Shown here one piece after another: positions 1 through 11,125 of a stretch of 64,000 bases of DNA. A program made the position numbers and the translations under genes. Within the stretch, counting starts at the first letter, position 1. Each line of letters opens with the position of its first letter. The notes beneath the pieces are model-generated. The model made no database searches. It was not told the DNA's origin and saw only the letters and a program-made list of their open reading frames with translations. Source of the stretch: Malacoraja senta (lineage: Eukaryota); contig JAXLNO010000680.1 of NCBI GenBank assembly GCA_038087875.1, positions 310,001 to 374,000 of the forward strand. Reading direction: 5' to 3'.

Positions 1-845
1 GCCAAATGGATTACACGCGATGAACTGCAGGTAAGTACTTACCATTGTTTCCTGCGTAGCGGGCCCGTTAAAACCCGCCGAAATTGTCAAATTTTGCGCT
101 GTAAATAATTATGGAAATCAGGATAAGCGTGAGAGACATTTAGCCTCCTTCAGAATTCAAAAAGTGAGGAGAAATGACGGTAGATAGAAGCGAGAGCTGA
201 AGGGACAACAACAGCCAGAGTGCTTGGCGAACATTGGCCGTTTGCTCACTGCATTTCATCAATTAAGGCATTATTTGTGTTTTTCCTTGATTCCTTTGGC
301 ATCAAAAAAGTTTCAGAAGGGATAAATCTGGATGTAAAATTTTAAAATCGCCCATGGTTCTCAAGTGGGTTTTTACATACAAAATGAAAACGCCTCTGAA
401 GCTAAATTTACAACCAGATTTATCACTTCGGAGACTTTTTAGATACCAAAGGAATCAAGAAAAAAACCAAATAATGCCTTACCGTTGATGAAATGCAGTG
501 AGCAAACGCGATAATTCCCAATATTTTCAATTCCGATATCTGCACGGCCAATGTTCGCCAAGCACTTTAGCTGCTGTTGTCCCTTCAGCTCTCGCTTCTC
601 TTTACCTTCATTTCGCTTCACTTTTGGAATTCTGAAGTTGGGTACATGTCTCTCACACTTACCCCGACTTCCACAATTTTTTACAGTGAAAAAATTCAAC
701 ATTTTGGCGGTTTTTAACAGGTAGGAATGTACGCGTTTCTAGCATTAATAACATATACCGGAAGTTACGTATGTCCTCCAGATGGATTGAGCGGCTCCGA
801 GCGTCGAGCCCTATGACCCGGTGACCTTACGTGCAACCCCCCTAT
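1..845. mobile_element. Non-autonomous DNA transposon (PIF/Harbinger-ISL2EU-like), left end outside window, with palindromic THAP-domain remnants
   Basis: Imperfect inverted repeat ~66-345 vs ~404-722. The minus-strand ORF 439-702 has THAP-like motifs (N-terminal V-K-N-C, FRIP, RVCSLHF). The right terminus reads AGGGGGGTTGCAC on the minus strand, is flanked by AT, and cuts a Penelope ORF in mid-sequence. Confidence 0.55.
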
Positions 846-1320
846 GGCAGAGACCCTGGTGCGAGCCTCATCTATGGTGGAGGAGGGGAACCCCCGTTCC
901 CTGAAGAATGAGGGACATTTCAGATGCCCTGGTGTGGAACGCCTCATCCTGGGAGCAGATGCGGCGTAGACGGAGGAATTGGGAGTAGGGGATGGAGTCC
1001 TTACAGGAAGCAGGGTGGGAAGAAGAGTAGTCAAGATAGCCATGGGAGGTTTATAGTGAATGTCGGTCAGAAGTCTGTCAACTGCGATGGAGATAGTGAG
1101 GTCAAGGAATGGTAGGGAAGTGTCGGAAATGGTCCAGGTGTATTTGAGTGCCGGATGGAAGTTAGTGGTGAAGCGGATGAAGTCAGTCAGTTGTGTGTGG
1201 GTGCAGGAGGTGGCACCAAAGCACCAAGTCGTCGATGTAGCGGAGGTAGAGGTCGGGGATGGGGCCCTGGTACGTATTGAACAAGGATTGTTCTACGTAC
1301 CCGACAAAGAGGCAGGCGTA
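846..1320 (-). mobile_element. Penelope-like element fragment (RT domain and linker)
   Basis: Translations YACLFVGYVEQSLF...LYLRYIDD (RT catalytic motif) and SFFRERGFPSSTIDEARTRVS match the other Penelope copies in the window. Confidence 0.85.
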
Positions 1321-1513
1321 GATATATATATATATATATGTATATGTGTGTGTGTGTGGGGAGGGGCTGTTTGGGTGTCTCTTCTGTGTTGATGCGGTGA
1401 GTTTTGTGCTGAGGGCTCGATGCGGGTCCCGGTCCCGGTCACCACCGCACCGGCTCATCCCCCCCCGCCTCACACACCTTTCGCCTGCTCCACCGTCAGC
1501 CCCGGCGGCGTCT

Positions 1514-1592
1514 GTTGTTGCTGTTGTTGTTGTTGCAACTGTTGTTGCTGTTGCTGTTGCTGCTGCAGCTGCTGTTGCTGTTGTTGTTGCTG
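1514..1592. repeat. (GTT/GCT)n trinucleotide microsatellite
   Basis: Direct reading; a paralogous tract lies at ~5825-5891. Confidence 0.9.
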
Positions 1593-1624
1593 TGGAGCCG
1601 CCGCCATTTGGCCCCCTCCTCGGC

Positions 1625-2702
1625 CCCACTGGAGGAGCAGTTACAGCGCCCCCACGTAGCCGGAGGACCAGCTGGGAGGACCAGGGACAGCGCCCCCACA
1701 TGGCTGGAGGACCAGCTGGGAGGACCAGGGACAGCGCCCCCACATGCCTGGAGAACCAGCTGGGAGGATCAGGGACAGCGCCCCCACATGGCCGGAGGAC
1801 CAGCTGGGAGGACCAGGGACAGCGCCCCCACATGGCTGGAGGACCAGCTGGGAGGACCAGCTACAGCGCCCCCACATGGCTGGAAGACCAGGTACAGAGC
1901 CCCCACATGGCTGGAAGACCAGGTACAGAGCCCCCACATGGCTGGAGGACCAGGGACAGCGTCCCCACATGGCCGGAGGACCAGGGACAGCGCCCCCAGA
2001 TGGCCGGAGGACTAGCTTGGGAGGATCAGGGACAGCGCCTCCACATGCCTGGAGGACCAGCTGGGAGGATCAGCTACAGCGCCCCCACATGGCTGGAAGA
2101 CCAGGTACAGAGCTCCCACATGGCTGGAGGACCAGGGACAGCCGCCCACACATGGCTGGAGGACCAGCTGGGAGGACCAGGGACAGCGCCCCCACATGCC
2201 TGGAGGACCAGATGGGAGGATCAGGGACAGCGCCCCCACATGGCTGGAGGACTAGCTGGGAGGACCAGGGACACAGCGCCCCACATAGCTGGAAGACCAG
2301 GTACAGAGCCCCTACATGGCTGGAAGACCAGGTACAGAGCCCCCACATGGCTGGAGGACCAGGGACAGCGCCCCCACATGGCAGGAGGACCAGCTGGGGA
2401 GGACCAGGGACAGCGCCCCACATGGCTGGAGGACAGCTGGGAGGACCAGGGACAGCGCCCCCACATGCCTGGAGGACCAGCTGGGAGGATCAGGGACAGC
2501 GCCTCCACATGGCTGGAGGACTAGCTGGGAGGACCAGGGACAGCGCCCACACATGGCTGGAGGACCAGCTACAGCGCCCCCACATGGCTGGAAGACCAGG
2601 TACAGAGCCCCACATGGCTGGAAGACCAGGTACAGAGCCCCCACATGGCTGGAGGATCAGGGACAGCGCCCCCACATGGCCGGAGGACCAGCTGGGAGGA
2701 CC
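1625..2702. repeat. GC-rich minisatellite, interspersed ~44-bp and ~31-bp variant units (copy A)
   Basis: Units GGCTGGAGGACCAGCTGGGAGGACCAGGGACAGCGCCCCCACAT (44 bp) and GGCTGGAAGACCAGGTACAGAGCCCCCACAT (31 bp) are repeated in mixed order. Confidence 0.95.
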
Positions 2703-2720
2703 ATCGACATCATGTTAAAA

Positions 2721-2910
2721 CATGTTAAAGAAGGACCTGCAGATGCTGGAAAATCGAAGGTACACAAAAATGCTGGAGAAACTCAGCGGGTGCAGCAGCA
2801 TCTATGGAGCGAAGGAAATAGGCAACGTTGCAGCCCGAAACGTTGCCTATTTCCTTCGCTCCATAGATGCTGCTGCACCCGCTGAGTTTCTCCAGCATTT
2901 TTGTGTACCT
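2721..2910. mobile_element. Short palindromic Penelope terminal-repeat-derived insertion
   Basis: 73-bp inverted arms 2757-2829 and 2839-2911. Flanked by a TCATGTTAAAA direct repeat (2710-2720, 2911-2921). Absent at the paralogous site (~7425). Same sequence as the 3' end of the Penelope element at 56290-56360. Confidence 0.85.
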
Positions 2911-2921
2911 TCATGTTAAAA

Positions 2922-3500
2922 GATCATGGTTGATCATTCAGAGTCAGTACCCTGTTCCTCCCTTCTCCCCATAGCCCTTGATTCCGTTAGGCCTAAGAGC
3001 TAAATCTAACTCTCTCTTGAAAACATCCAGTGAATTGGCCTCCACCGCCTTCTGTGGCAGAGAATTCCACAGATTCACAACTCTCTGGGTGAAAAGGTTT
3101 TTCCTCATCTCAGTCCTAAATGGACGACCCCTTATTCTTAAACTGTGACCCCTGGTTCTGGACTCCCCCAACATCGGGATCATTTTTCCTGCATCTAGCC
3201 TGTCCAATCCCTTAATAATTTTACATATTTCTATAAGAAACCCTCTCATCCTTCTAAATTCCAGTGAATAGAATGAATAAATGAATGAATAAATTCAAGC
3301 CCAGTCGACCCATTCTATCAACATATGACAGTCCCGCCATCCCGGGAATTGCACTCCCTCAATAGCAAGAATGTCCTTCCTCAAATTAGACCAAAACTGC
3401 ACACAATACTCCAGGTGTGGTCTCACCAGGGCCCCTGTACAACAGTAGTAGGACCTCCTTGTTCTCACACTCAAATCCTACACTCAAAACATCCTCTCCA
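2922..3500 (-). mobile_element. CR1 LINE 3' fragment
   Basis: ORF 2944-3249 gives the CR1 ORF2 C-terminus (...SRTRGHSLRIRG...FTQRVVNLWNSLP...). Confidence 0.9.
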
Positions 3501-3584
3501 CATCCATTCTATCCAGGCCTTCCACTATTCTGTGTCTGCTGATCCGGAATGTTCTCTAACTCAAATCCTCTCGCTATGAAGGCT

Positions 3585-4320
3585 GTTCCGGGAGCTCCGG
3601 TCTCCTCCCACATCCCAAAGAGGTCCGGGTTGGTGAGTTAAATGTCTGCTCTAAATGCCCCCTGATTGTGCAGATGAGTGGATAGGAAGAGTTTAGAGGA
3701 TATGGGTCAAACACGGCCAGGTGGGACGGGTGTAGATTGGGTATCTTGGTGGGCATGGGCAAGTTGGGCCGAAGGGCCTGTTTGCGTGCTGAATGTCTCT
3801 CAGACTCTAAGACTGTTGAAGGGGAAAATCTTGGGGCGGGTAGGTGGAGATCTCTGAGCAAGAAACTGCACCAACGCTTCTCTGCCCCAAACCAGCGGAT
3901 GTTGGCAGGGCCAGGAGAAGGTGCGAAGGAGGTTGACCAGAACAGTTACGGGAATGACACAAAGATTGGGGTGCGACATGGTTATGGCGCTGCAGTGTAG
4001 AACCTCTCTATCCTGGAAACTTTGCAAAAGGGATGGGCGGGTACATAGACGAACCAGCTGCCTGAGGTAGTAGTTTGGTTTAGTTTAGAGATACAGCGTG
4101 GAAACAGGCCCATCGGCCCAGCGAGTCCGTGCCGATGAGCGATCCCCGTACATTAACGCTATCCTACACTACATGCACGTTTGCCGGTTAATTGGTTTAA
4201 GTAAAATTGCTAATTGTCCCTTGTGTGTAGGATAGGGTTAATGAGCAGGGATCGCTGGTCAGCGCGGACTCAGTAGGCCAAAGGGCCTGTTTCCACGCTG
4301 AATCTCTAAACTAAAACTAA
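3585..4320. repeat. SINE fragments flanking a non-repetitive spacer (3815-4070)
   Basis: SINE-like body CTCCCACATCCCAAAGA...GGGCCGAAGGGCCTGTTT and head-to-head SINE tails with (TTTAG)n/(CTAAA)n. The block is repeated at ~8535-9280 and ~11325-12067. Confidence 0.6.
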
Positions 4321-4764
4321 ATGTGGAAAGAACATGCTGAAACATTGATGAACGCAGATTGGGTGAAAGTGGTCAAAGGGGTTTAGTTTAGTTTATTGTC
4401 ACGTGTACCGAGGTACAGTGAAAAGCTTTTGTTGTGTTTATGAAACTGAGCAAATGTGCGATGCGGAAATATTTGTAAAATAGTAGAGAAAGAAGTGATA
4501 TATTTAGATGGTCTATGAATATTCCCTGTGAATCGGTGGGCTATGGGCATTCAGTCACCCAGTACTATATTCAAGAGAGATAGACAGATTTGGGGATATT
4601 GGGGAATGGGGGGGATGTGAGGTTTGCGTGGGAACGTGAGGCTGAGTAGAAAACCCGGGCGTTATTATTCAAAAGCGAACCAGGCACAAGAGGCTTCTAT
4701 TTCTAACGTGGAAAGTTTGTAAGGATTGAATAACGACTGTTACTGTAACCCTCTGAGAATGTAC

Positions 4765-5189
4765 CAACCTGTATTATGCCCTGAGATGGTTCTAACCATG
4801 ATGTCGGTTCTCTCGGTGGTGGGGCCCGGACGATCAATGTGAAGCTGCCCTCTTCCGTTCCAGTTGAGTGGCCGATGGATAATTCATAAATCCCGTTGTC
4901 GCTGATCTGCAAATCTCTGAGCAGTAAGGATGGATCCCCCGGAAAAAGCACAGCCCGATGTTTATTGGGATCGGGGAGAAGCCGTGAGATGTTCACAATC
5001 GGCGAGACCGTCGTTTCCCTCCGCGGGGCACCGATAATCCTTAATAAGCAGGTTCGGTATTCGAATAAACGCAAGGAATCGTGGATTTGTCAAAGGTCAT
5101 TCGGGAAAAAAAGTAAACGCAGCGCTATATAAACTGTGCATAAATTGTTGACTATTCTATCAGTGAATTAATCCTTAATGTGTTTGCTA
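4765..5189 (-). pseudogene. Degenerate Ig-superfamily V-type domain exon, copy 1 (CD2/CEACAM/HEPACAM-like N domain)
   Basis: Acceptor TTTCTTATTCCAG| before 5189 and phase-1 donor G|GTACAT after 4765. The 3' half reads HRAVLFPGDPSLLLRDLQISDNGIYELSIGHSTGTEEGSFTLIVR (D, E, F and G strands of a V-set domain). The 5' half has stops and frameshifts. Confidence 0.8.
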
Positions 5190-5468
5190 CTGGAATAAGA
5201 AAATATTACTTGTGTTTGAAACATTTTCTTATCTTTATTCATAATTTATGTGTAAAATATATTTAATCTGAGGCAGGCAGCGACTGTATCAGTGTGATGT
5301 GGGCTGATGCTTTACCTAAAGGCAATGTGAATGTACCGTTAAGGCAGGGCGTCAGCAACCTACGGCCCACTGGCCGCATCCCCGAAATCATCCGGCCCGC
5401 AGGCGTATTTTTTTTAGTGAACGAGAATGTTGTTTCTTGCCTTCAGTGGGACCTTGCCCAGAGTTGCC

Positions 5469-5668
5469 NNNNNNNNNNNNNNNNNNNNNNNNNNNNNNNN
5501 NNNNNNNNNNNNNNNNNNNNNNNNNNNNNNNNNNNNNNNNNNNNNNNNNNNNNNNNNNNNNNNNNNNNNNNNNNNNNNNNNNNNNNNNNNNNNNNNNNNN
5601 NNNNNNNNNNNNNNNNNNNNNNNNNNNNNNNNNNNNNNNNNNNNNNNNNNNNNNNNNNNNNNNNNNNN
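5469..5668. other. Assembly gap (200 N)
   Basis: Run of N. Confidence 1.
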
Positions 5669-5919
5669 TGATGCGGTGAGTTTTGTGCTGAGGGCTCGAT
5701 GCGGGTCCATGACCGGCCTCAGTCCCAGTCCCGGTCCCGGTCCCGGTCGCCACCGCACCGGCTCATCCCCGCCCGCCCGCCCTCACCCACCTTTCGCCTG
5801 CTCCACCGTCAGCCCCGGCGGCGTCTGTTGCTGTTGCTGTTGCTGTTGCTGTTGTTGCTGCTGCAGCTGCAGCTGTTGTTGTTGTTGCTGTGGAGCCGCC
5901 GCCATTTGGCCCCCTCCTC

Positions 5920-7422
5920 GTCCCCACTGGAGGAGCAGTTACAGCGCCCCCACATGGCTGGAGGAGCAGCTGGGAGGACCAGGGACAGCGCCCCCACATG
6001 GCCGGAGGACCGCCTGGGAGGACCAGCGACAGCGCCCCCACATGGCCGGAGGACCAGCTGGGAGGACCAGGGAGAGCGCCCCCACATGGCTGGAGGACTA
6101 TCTGGGAGGATCAGGGACAGTCCCCCCACATGGCCGGAGGACCAGCCGGGAGGACCAGGGACAGCGCCCCCATATGGCTGGAGGACCAGCTGGGAGGACC
6201 AGGGACAGCGCCCCCACATAGCTGGAGGACCAGCTGGGAGGACCAGGGACAGCGCCCCCACATGGCTGGAGGACCAGGGACAGCGCCCCCACATGGCCGG
6301 AGGACCAGCTGGGAGGACCAGGGACACCGCCCCCTCATGGCCGGAGGACCAGCTGGGAGGACCAGCGACATCGCCCCCATATGGCTGGAGGACTAGCTGG
6401 GAGGACCAGGGACAGCGCCCCCACATTGCTGGAGGACCAGCTACAGCGCCCCCACATGGCTAGAAGACCAGGTACAGCGCCCCCACATGGCTGTAGGGCT
6501 ATCTGGGAGGACCAGCTACAGCGCCCCTATATGGCTGGAGGACTAGCTGGGAGGACCAGCTACAGCGCCCCTATATGGCTCGAGGACTAGCTGGGAGGAC
6601 CAGGGACAGTCCCCCCACATGGCTGGAGGACCAGCTGGGAGGACCAGGGACAGCGCCCCCACATGGCCGGAGGACCAGCTGGGAGGACCAGGGACACCGC
6701 CCCCTCATGGCCGGAGGACCAGCTGGGAGGACCAGCGACAGCGCCCCCATATGGCTGGAGGACTAGCTGGGAGGACCAGGGACAGCGCCCCCACATGGCT
6801 GGAGGACCAGCTACAGCGCCCCCACATGGCTAGAAGACCAGGTACAGCGCCCCCACATGGCTGGAGGGCTATCTGGGAGGAGCAGCTACAGCGCCCCTAT
6901 ATGGCTGGAGGACTAGCTGGGAGGACCAGCTACAGCGCCCCTATATGGCTCGAGGACTAGCTGGGAGGACCAGGGACAGTCCCCCCACATGGCTGGAGGA
7001 CCAGCTGGGAGGACCAGGGACAGCGCCCCCACATGGCTGGAGAACCAGGGACAGCGCCCCCACATGGCCGGAGGACCAGCTGGGAGGACCAGGGACACCG
7101 CCCCTTCATGGCCGGAGGACCAGCTGGGAGGACCAGCGACAGCGCCCCCATATGGCTGGAGGACTAGCTGGGAGGACCAGGGACAGCGCCCCACATGGCT
7201 GGAGGACCAGCTACAGCGCCCCCACATGGCTAGAAGACCAGGTACAGCGCCCCCACATGGCTGGAGGGCTATCTGGGAGGTGCAGCTACAGCGCCCCTAT
7301 ATGGCTGGAGGACTAGCTGGGAGGACCAGCTACAGCGCCCCTATATGGCTGGAGGACTAGCTGGGAGGACCAGGGACAGTCCCCCCACATGGCTGGAGGA
7401 CCAGCTGGGAGGACCAGCTACA
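5920..7422. repeat. GC-rich minisatellite (copy B)
   Basis: Same 44/31-bp units as 1625-2702, with different variant units and order. Confidence 0.95.
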
Positions 7423-7429
7423 TCATGTT

Positions 7430-8000
7430 AAAAGACCATGGCTGATCATCCACAATCAGTTCCACGTTCCTGTTTTCTCCCCATATCCCTTGATTCCGTT
7501 AGCCCTAAGAGCTAAATCTAACTCTCTCTTGAAAACATCCAGTGAATTGGCCTCCCACTGCCTTCTGTGGCAGAGAATTCCACAGATTCACAACTCTCTG
7601 GGTGAAAAACGTTTTTTCCTCATCTCAGTCCTTAATGGCCAACCTCTTATTCTTAAACTGTGACCACTGGTTCTGGACTCCCCCAACATCGGGAACATTT
7701 TTCCTGCCTCTAGCCTGTCCAATCCCTTAATAGTTTTATATGTTTCTATAAGATATCCTCTCATCCTTCTAAATTCCAGTGAATACAAGCCCAGTCGACC
7801 CATTCTTTCATCATATGACAGTCCCGCCATCCCGGGAATTAACCTGGTGAACCTCTGCTGCACTCCCTCAATAGCAAGAATGTCCTTCCTCAAATAAGGA
7901 GACCAAAACTGCACACAATACTCCAGGTGTGGTCTCACCAGGGCCCTGTACAACTGTAGTAGGACCACCTTGCTCTCACACTCAAATCCTATACTCAAAA
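7430..8000 (-). mobile_element. CR1 LINE 3' fragment (paralogue of 2922-3500)
   Basis: ORF 7588-7998 [22 protein letters not shown]...; same flanks as copy A. Confidence 0.9.
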
Positions 8001-8044
8001 CAACCTCTCCACATCCACATCCACTCTATCCAGGCCTTCCACTA

Positions 8045-8475
8045 ATCAATCAACCTTTATTGTCATCTTGCAAGCAACAGTTGTACAGTGCAAAATGAAA
8101 AGACGTTTCCCTGGGAATACCGGAGCATCGCACATGAAATTTAAAACATTTCACACATAATAACACTAAAAACAATCCAGTCCCTGATGGAACAGTATAA
8201 ATAGTTAAAAAGTAGGTAAAACAACAACGTTAAAATACAGTAAAACCGATCATAAAGATGTCCGGGGCAGCTGATTTGAGTGGCCAGTGCCAGTTATTAA
8301 AGTGGCCAGTGCCAGTTATTAAAGTGGCCAGTGCCAGTTATTAAAGTGTCCGTGTCAAGCCGCAGGTGACTGTGAGTACAGAGTGACTGTTTAGCAGCCT
8401 CACAGCATATGGCAGGAAGCTGTTTAGCAGTCTTGTAGTCCGGGCTTTGATGCTGCGATATCTCTTGCCTGATGG
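8045..8475 (-). mobile_element. Rex/Babar-like LINE 3' fragment with internal 22-bp tandem repeat
   Basis: Absent in copy A (~3525). CACTA repeated at both ends. (TTGA)n tail with AATAAA on the minus strand. Coding remnant PSGKRYRSIKART. GTGGCCAGTGCCAGTTATTAAA occurs three times at 8280-8346. Confidence 0.65.
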
Positions 8476-9662
8476 CACTATTCTGTGTCCGCTGATCCGG
8501 AATGTTCTCTAAACTCAAATCCTCTCGCTATGAAGGCTGTTCCGGGAGCTCCGGTCTCCTCCCACATCCCAAAGAGGTCCGGGTTGGTGAGTTAAATGCC
8601 TGCTTTAAATGCCCCCTTGATTGTGCAGATGAGTGGATAGGAAAGGTTTAGAGGGATATGGGTCAATCGCAGCCAGGTGGGACTAGTGTAGATTGGGTAT
8701 CTTGGTGGGCATGGGCAAGTTGGGCCGAAGGGCCTGTTTGCTTGCAGTATGTCTCTCGGACTCTAAGACTGTTTGAGTGGGAAAATCTTGGGGCGGATAG
8801 ATGGAGACCTCTGAGCAAGAAACTGCGCCAACACTTCTCTGCCCCCAAACCAGCGGATGTTGGCAGGGCCAGGAGAAGGTGCGAAGGAGGTTGACCAGAA
8901 CAGTTACGGGAATGACACAAAGATTGGGGTGCGACATGGTTATGGCGCCGCAGTGTAGAACCTCTCTATCCTGGGAAACTTTTCAAAAGGGATGGCGGGT
9001 ACATAGACGAACCAGCTGCCTGAGGTAGTAGTTTGGTTGAGTTTAGAGATACAGCATGGAAACAGGCCCATCGGCCCAGCGAGTCCGTGCCGACCAGCGA
9101 TCCCCGTACATTAACACTATCCTACACTACGTGCACGTTTGCCGGTTAATTGGTTTAGGTAAAATTGCTAATTGTCCCTTGTGTGTAGGATAGGGTTAAT
9201 GATCAGGGATCGCTGGTCAGCGCGGACTCAGTAGGCCAAAGGGCCTGTTTCCACGCTGAATCTCTAAACTAAAACTAAATGTGGAAAGAACATGCTGAAA
9301 CATTGATGAACGCAGATTGGGTGAAAGTGGTCAAAAGGGGTTTAGTTTAGTTTATTGTCACGTGTACCGAGGTACAGTGAAAAGCTTTTGTTGTGTTTAT
9401 GAAACTGAGCAAATGTGCGATGCGGAAATATTTGTAAAATAGTAGAGAAAGAAGTGATATATTTAGATGGTCTATGAATATTCCCTGTGAATCGGTGGGC
9501 TATGGGCATTCAGTCACTCAGTACTATATTCAATAGAGAGATGGACAGATTTGGGGATATTGGGAATGGGGGGGATGTGAGGTTTGCGTGGGAACGTGAG
9601 GCTGAGAAGAAAACCCGGGCGTTATTATTCAAAAGCGAACCAGGCACAAGAGGCTTCTATTT

Positions 9663-10407
9663 GAATGGTGGCCGATTAGGAAAAGGGGAGATGCAACGAG
9701 ACCTGGGTGTCATGGTACACCAGTCATTGAAAGTAGGCATGCAGGTGCAGCAGGCAGTGAAGAAAGCGAATGGTATGTTAGCATTCATAGCAAAAGTATT
9801 TGAGTATAGGAGCAGGGAGTGTCTACTGCAGTTGTACAGGGTCTTGGTGAGACCACACCTGGAGTATTGCATACAGTTTTGGTCTCCAAATCTGAGGAAA
9901 TACATTCCTGCCATAGAGGGAGTACAGAGAAGGTTCACCAGACTGATTCCTGGGATGTCAGGACTTTCATATGAAGAAAGACTGGATAGACTTGGCTTGT
10001 ACTCGCTAGAATTTAGAAGATTGAGGGGGGATCTTATAGAAACTTACAAAATTCTTAATGGGTTGGACAGGCTAGATGCAGGAAGATTGTTCCCGATGTT
10101 GGGGAAGTCCAGGACAAGGGGTCACAGTTTAAGGATAATGGGGAAATCTTTTAGGACCGAGATGAGAAAAACATTTTTCACACATCTCTGGAATTCTCTG
10201 CCACAGAAGGTAGTTGAGGCCAGTTCATTGGCTATATTTAAGAGGGAGTTAGATGTGGCCCTTGAGGCTAAAGGGATCAGGGGGTATGGAGAGAAGGCAG
10301 GTACAGGATACTGAGTTGGATGATCTGCCATGATCATATTGAATGGCGGTGCAGGCTCGAAGGGCCGAATGGCCTACTCCTGCACCTATTTTCTATGTTT
10401 CTATGTT
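9663..10407 (+). mobile_element. 5'-truncated CR1 LINE with TSD
   Basis: Open ORF2 C-terminus and (TTTCTATG)n tail. TTCTATTT lies on both sides (9655-9662, 10408-10415). The empty site is visible at ~4695-4702. Confidence 0.92.
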
Positions 10408-10477
10408 TTCTATTTCTAACGTGGAAAGTTTGTAAGGATTGAATAACAACACTTACTGTAATACTCTGAGAACGTAC

Positions 10478-10723
10478 CTACCTGTATTATGCCCTGAGAT
10501 GGTTCTAACCATGATGTTGGTTCTCTCGGTGGTGGGGGCCCGGACGATCAATGTGAAGCTGCCCTCTTCCGTTCCAGTTGAATGGCCGATGGATAATTCA
10601 TAAATCCCGCTGTCGCTGATCTGCAAATCTCTGAGCAGTAAGGGTGGATTCCCCGGAAAAAGCACAGCCCGATGTTTATGGGGATCGGGAGAAGCCGTGA
10701 AATGTTCACAATCGGCGGGACCG
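10478..10723 (-). pseudogene. IgV exon copy 2 (3' half only, frameshifted)
   Basis: Reads DCEHFTASPDPHKHRAVLFPGNPPLLLRDLQISDSGIYELSIG..., with a +1 frameshift after LIVRAP. The 5' half is excluded by the tandem-duplication breakpoint. Confidence 0.8.
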
Positions 10724-10724
10724 A

Positions 10725-11125
10725 TTCAATTCAATTCAACTTTAATGTCATTGCACAAATACTGAGTATGGGTACAACGAAATGCAGTTTTGCGTCAGTC
10801 CGTAGTAGTAGTGCAATATAGAAATTAAAAAAAAAAGAGGATACAGAATAATCAAAAATACAGAATAATTAACAATGGGGACGGAGGGACCGGAGGAATC
10901 TATCGGCGGGACTCCGAGTTCAGCAATGTGACGGTATAATTGTAGAAGCTGTTCCTCATCCTACTGGTACGAGACCTGAGGCTCCTGTACCGCCTCCCTG
11001 ATGGGAGGAGGGCAAACAGTCCATGGTTGGGGTGGGAGGGGTCTTTGATGATCTTCCCAGCCCGTTTCAGACACCATTTTCGGTGGAGGGCATCGATGGC
11101 AGGGAGCGGGGCACCGATGATGTGC
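10725..11125 (-). mobile_element. Rex/Babar-like LINE 3' fragment (duplicate of 13510-13920)
   Basis: Near-identical to 13510-13910; (TTGAA)n tail. Confidence 0.75.

Noticed and set aside
1183..2885. Long overlapping ORFs (up to 392 aa) with repetitive peptides
   Set aside because: They arise in all frames from a stop-poor minisatellite with non-triplet units (44 and 31 bp); the same applies to 5427-7360.
5294..5758. ORFs spanning the N gap (also 56565-57440)
   Set aside because: Artefacts of translating N runs.
1625..7422. CRISPR-like array
   Set aside because: No unique spacers and no cas genes; the context is eukaryotic and the units are contiguous minisatellite variants.
9487..10314. 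275-aa ORF (twice) as a host gene
   Set aside because: It is chance read-through from flanking intron sequence into a truncated CR1 ORF2.
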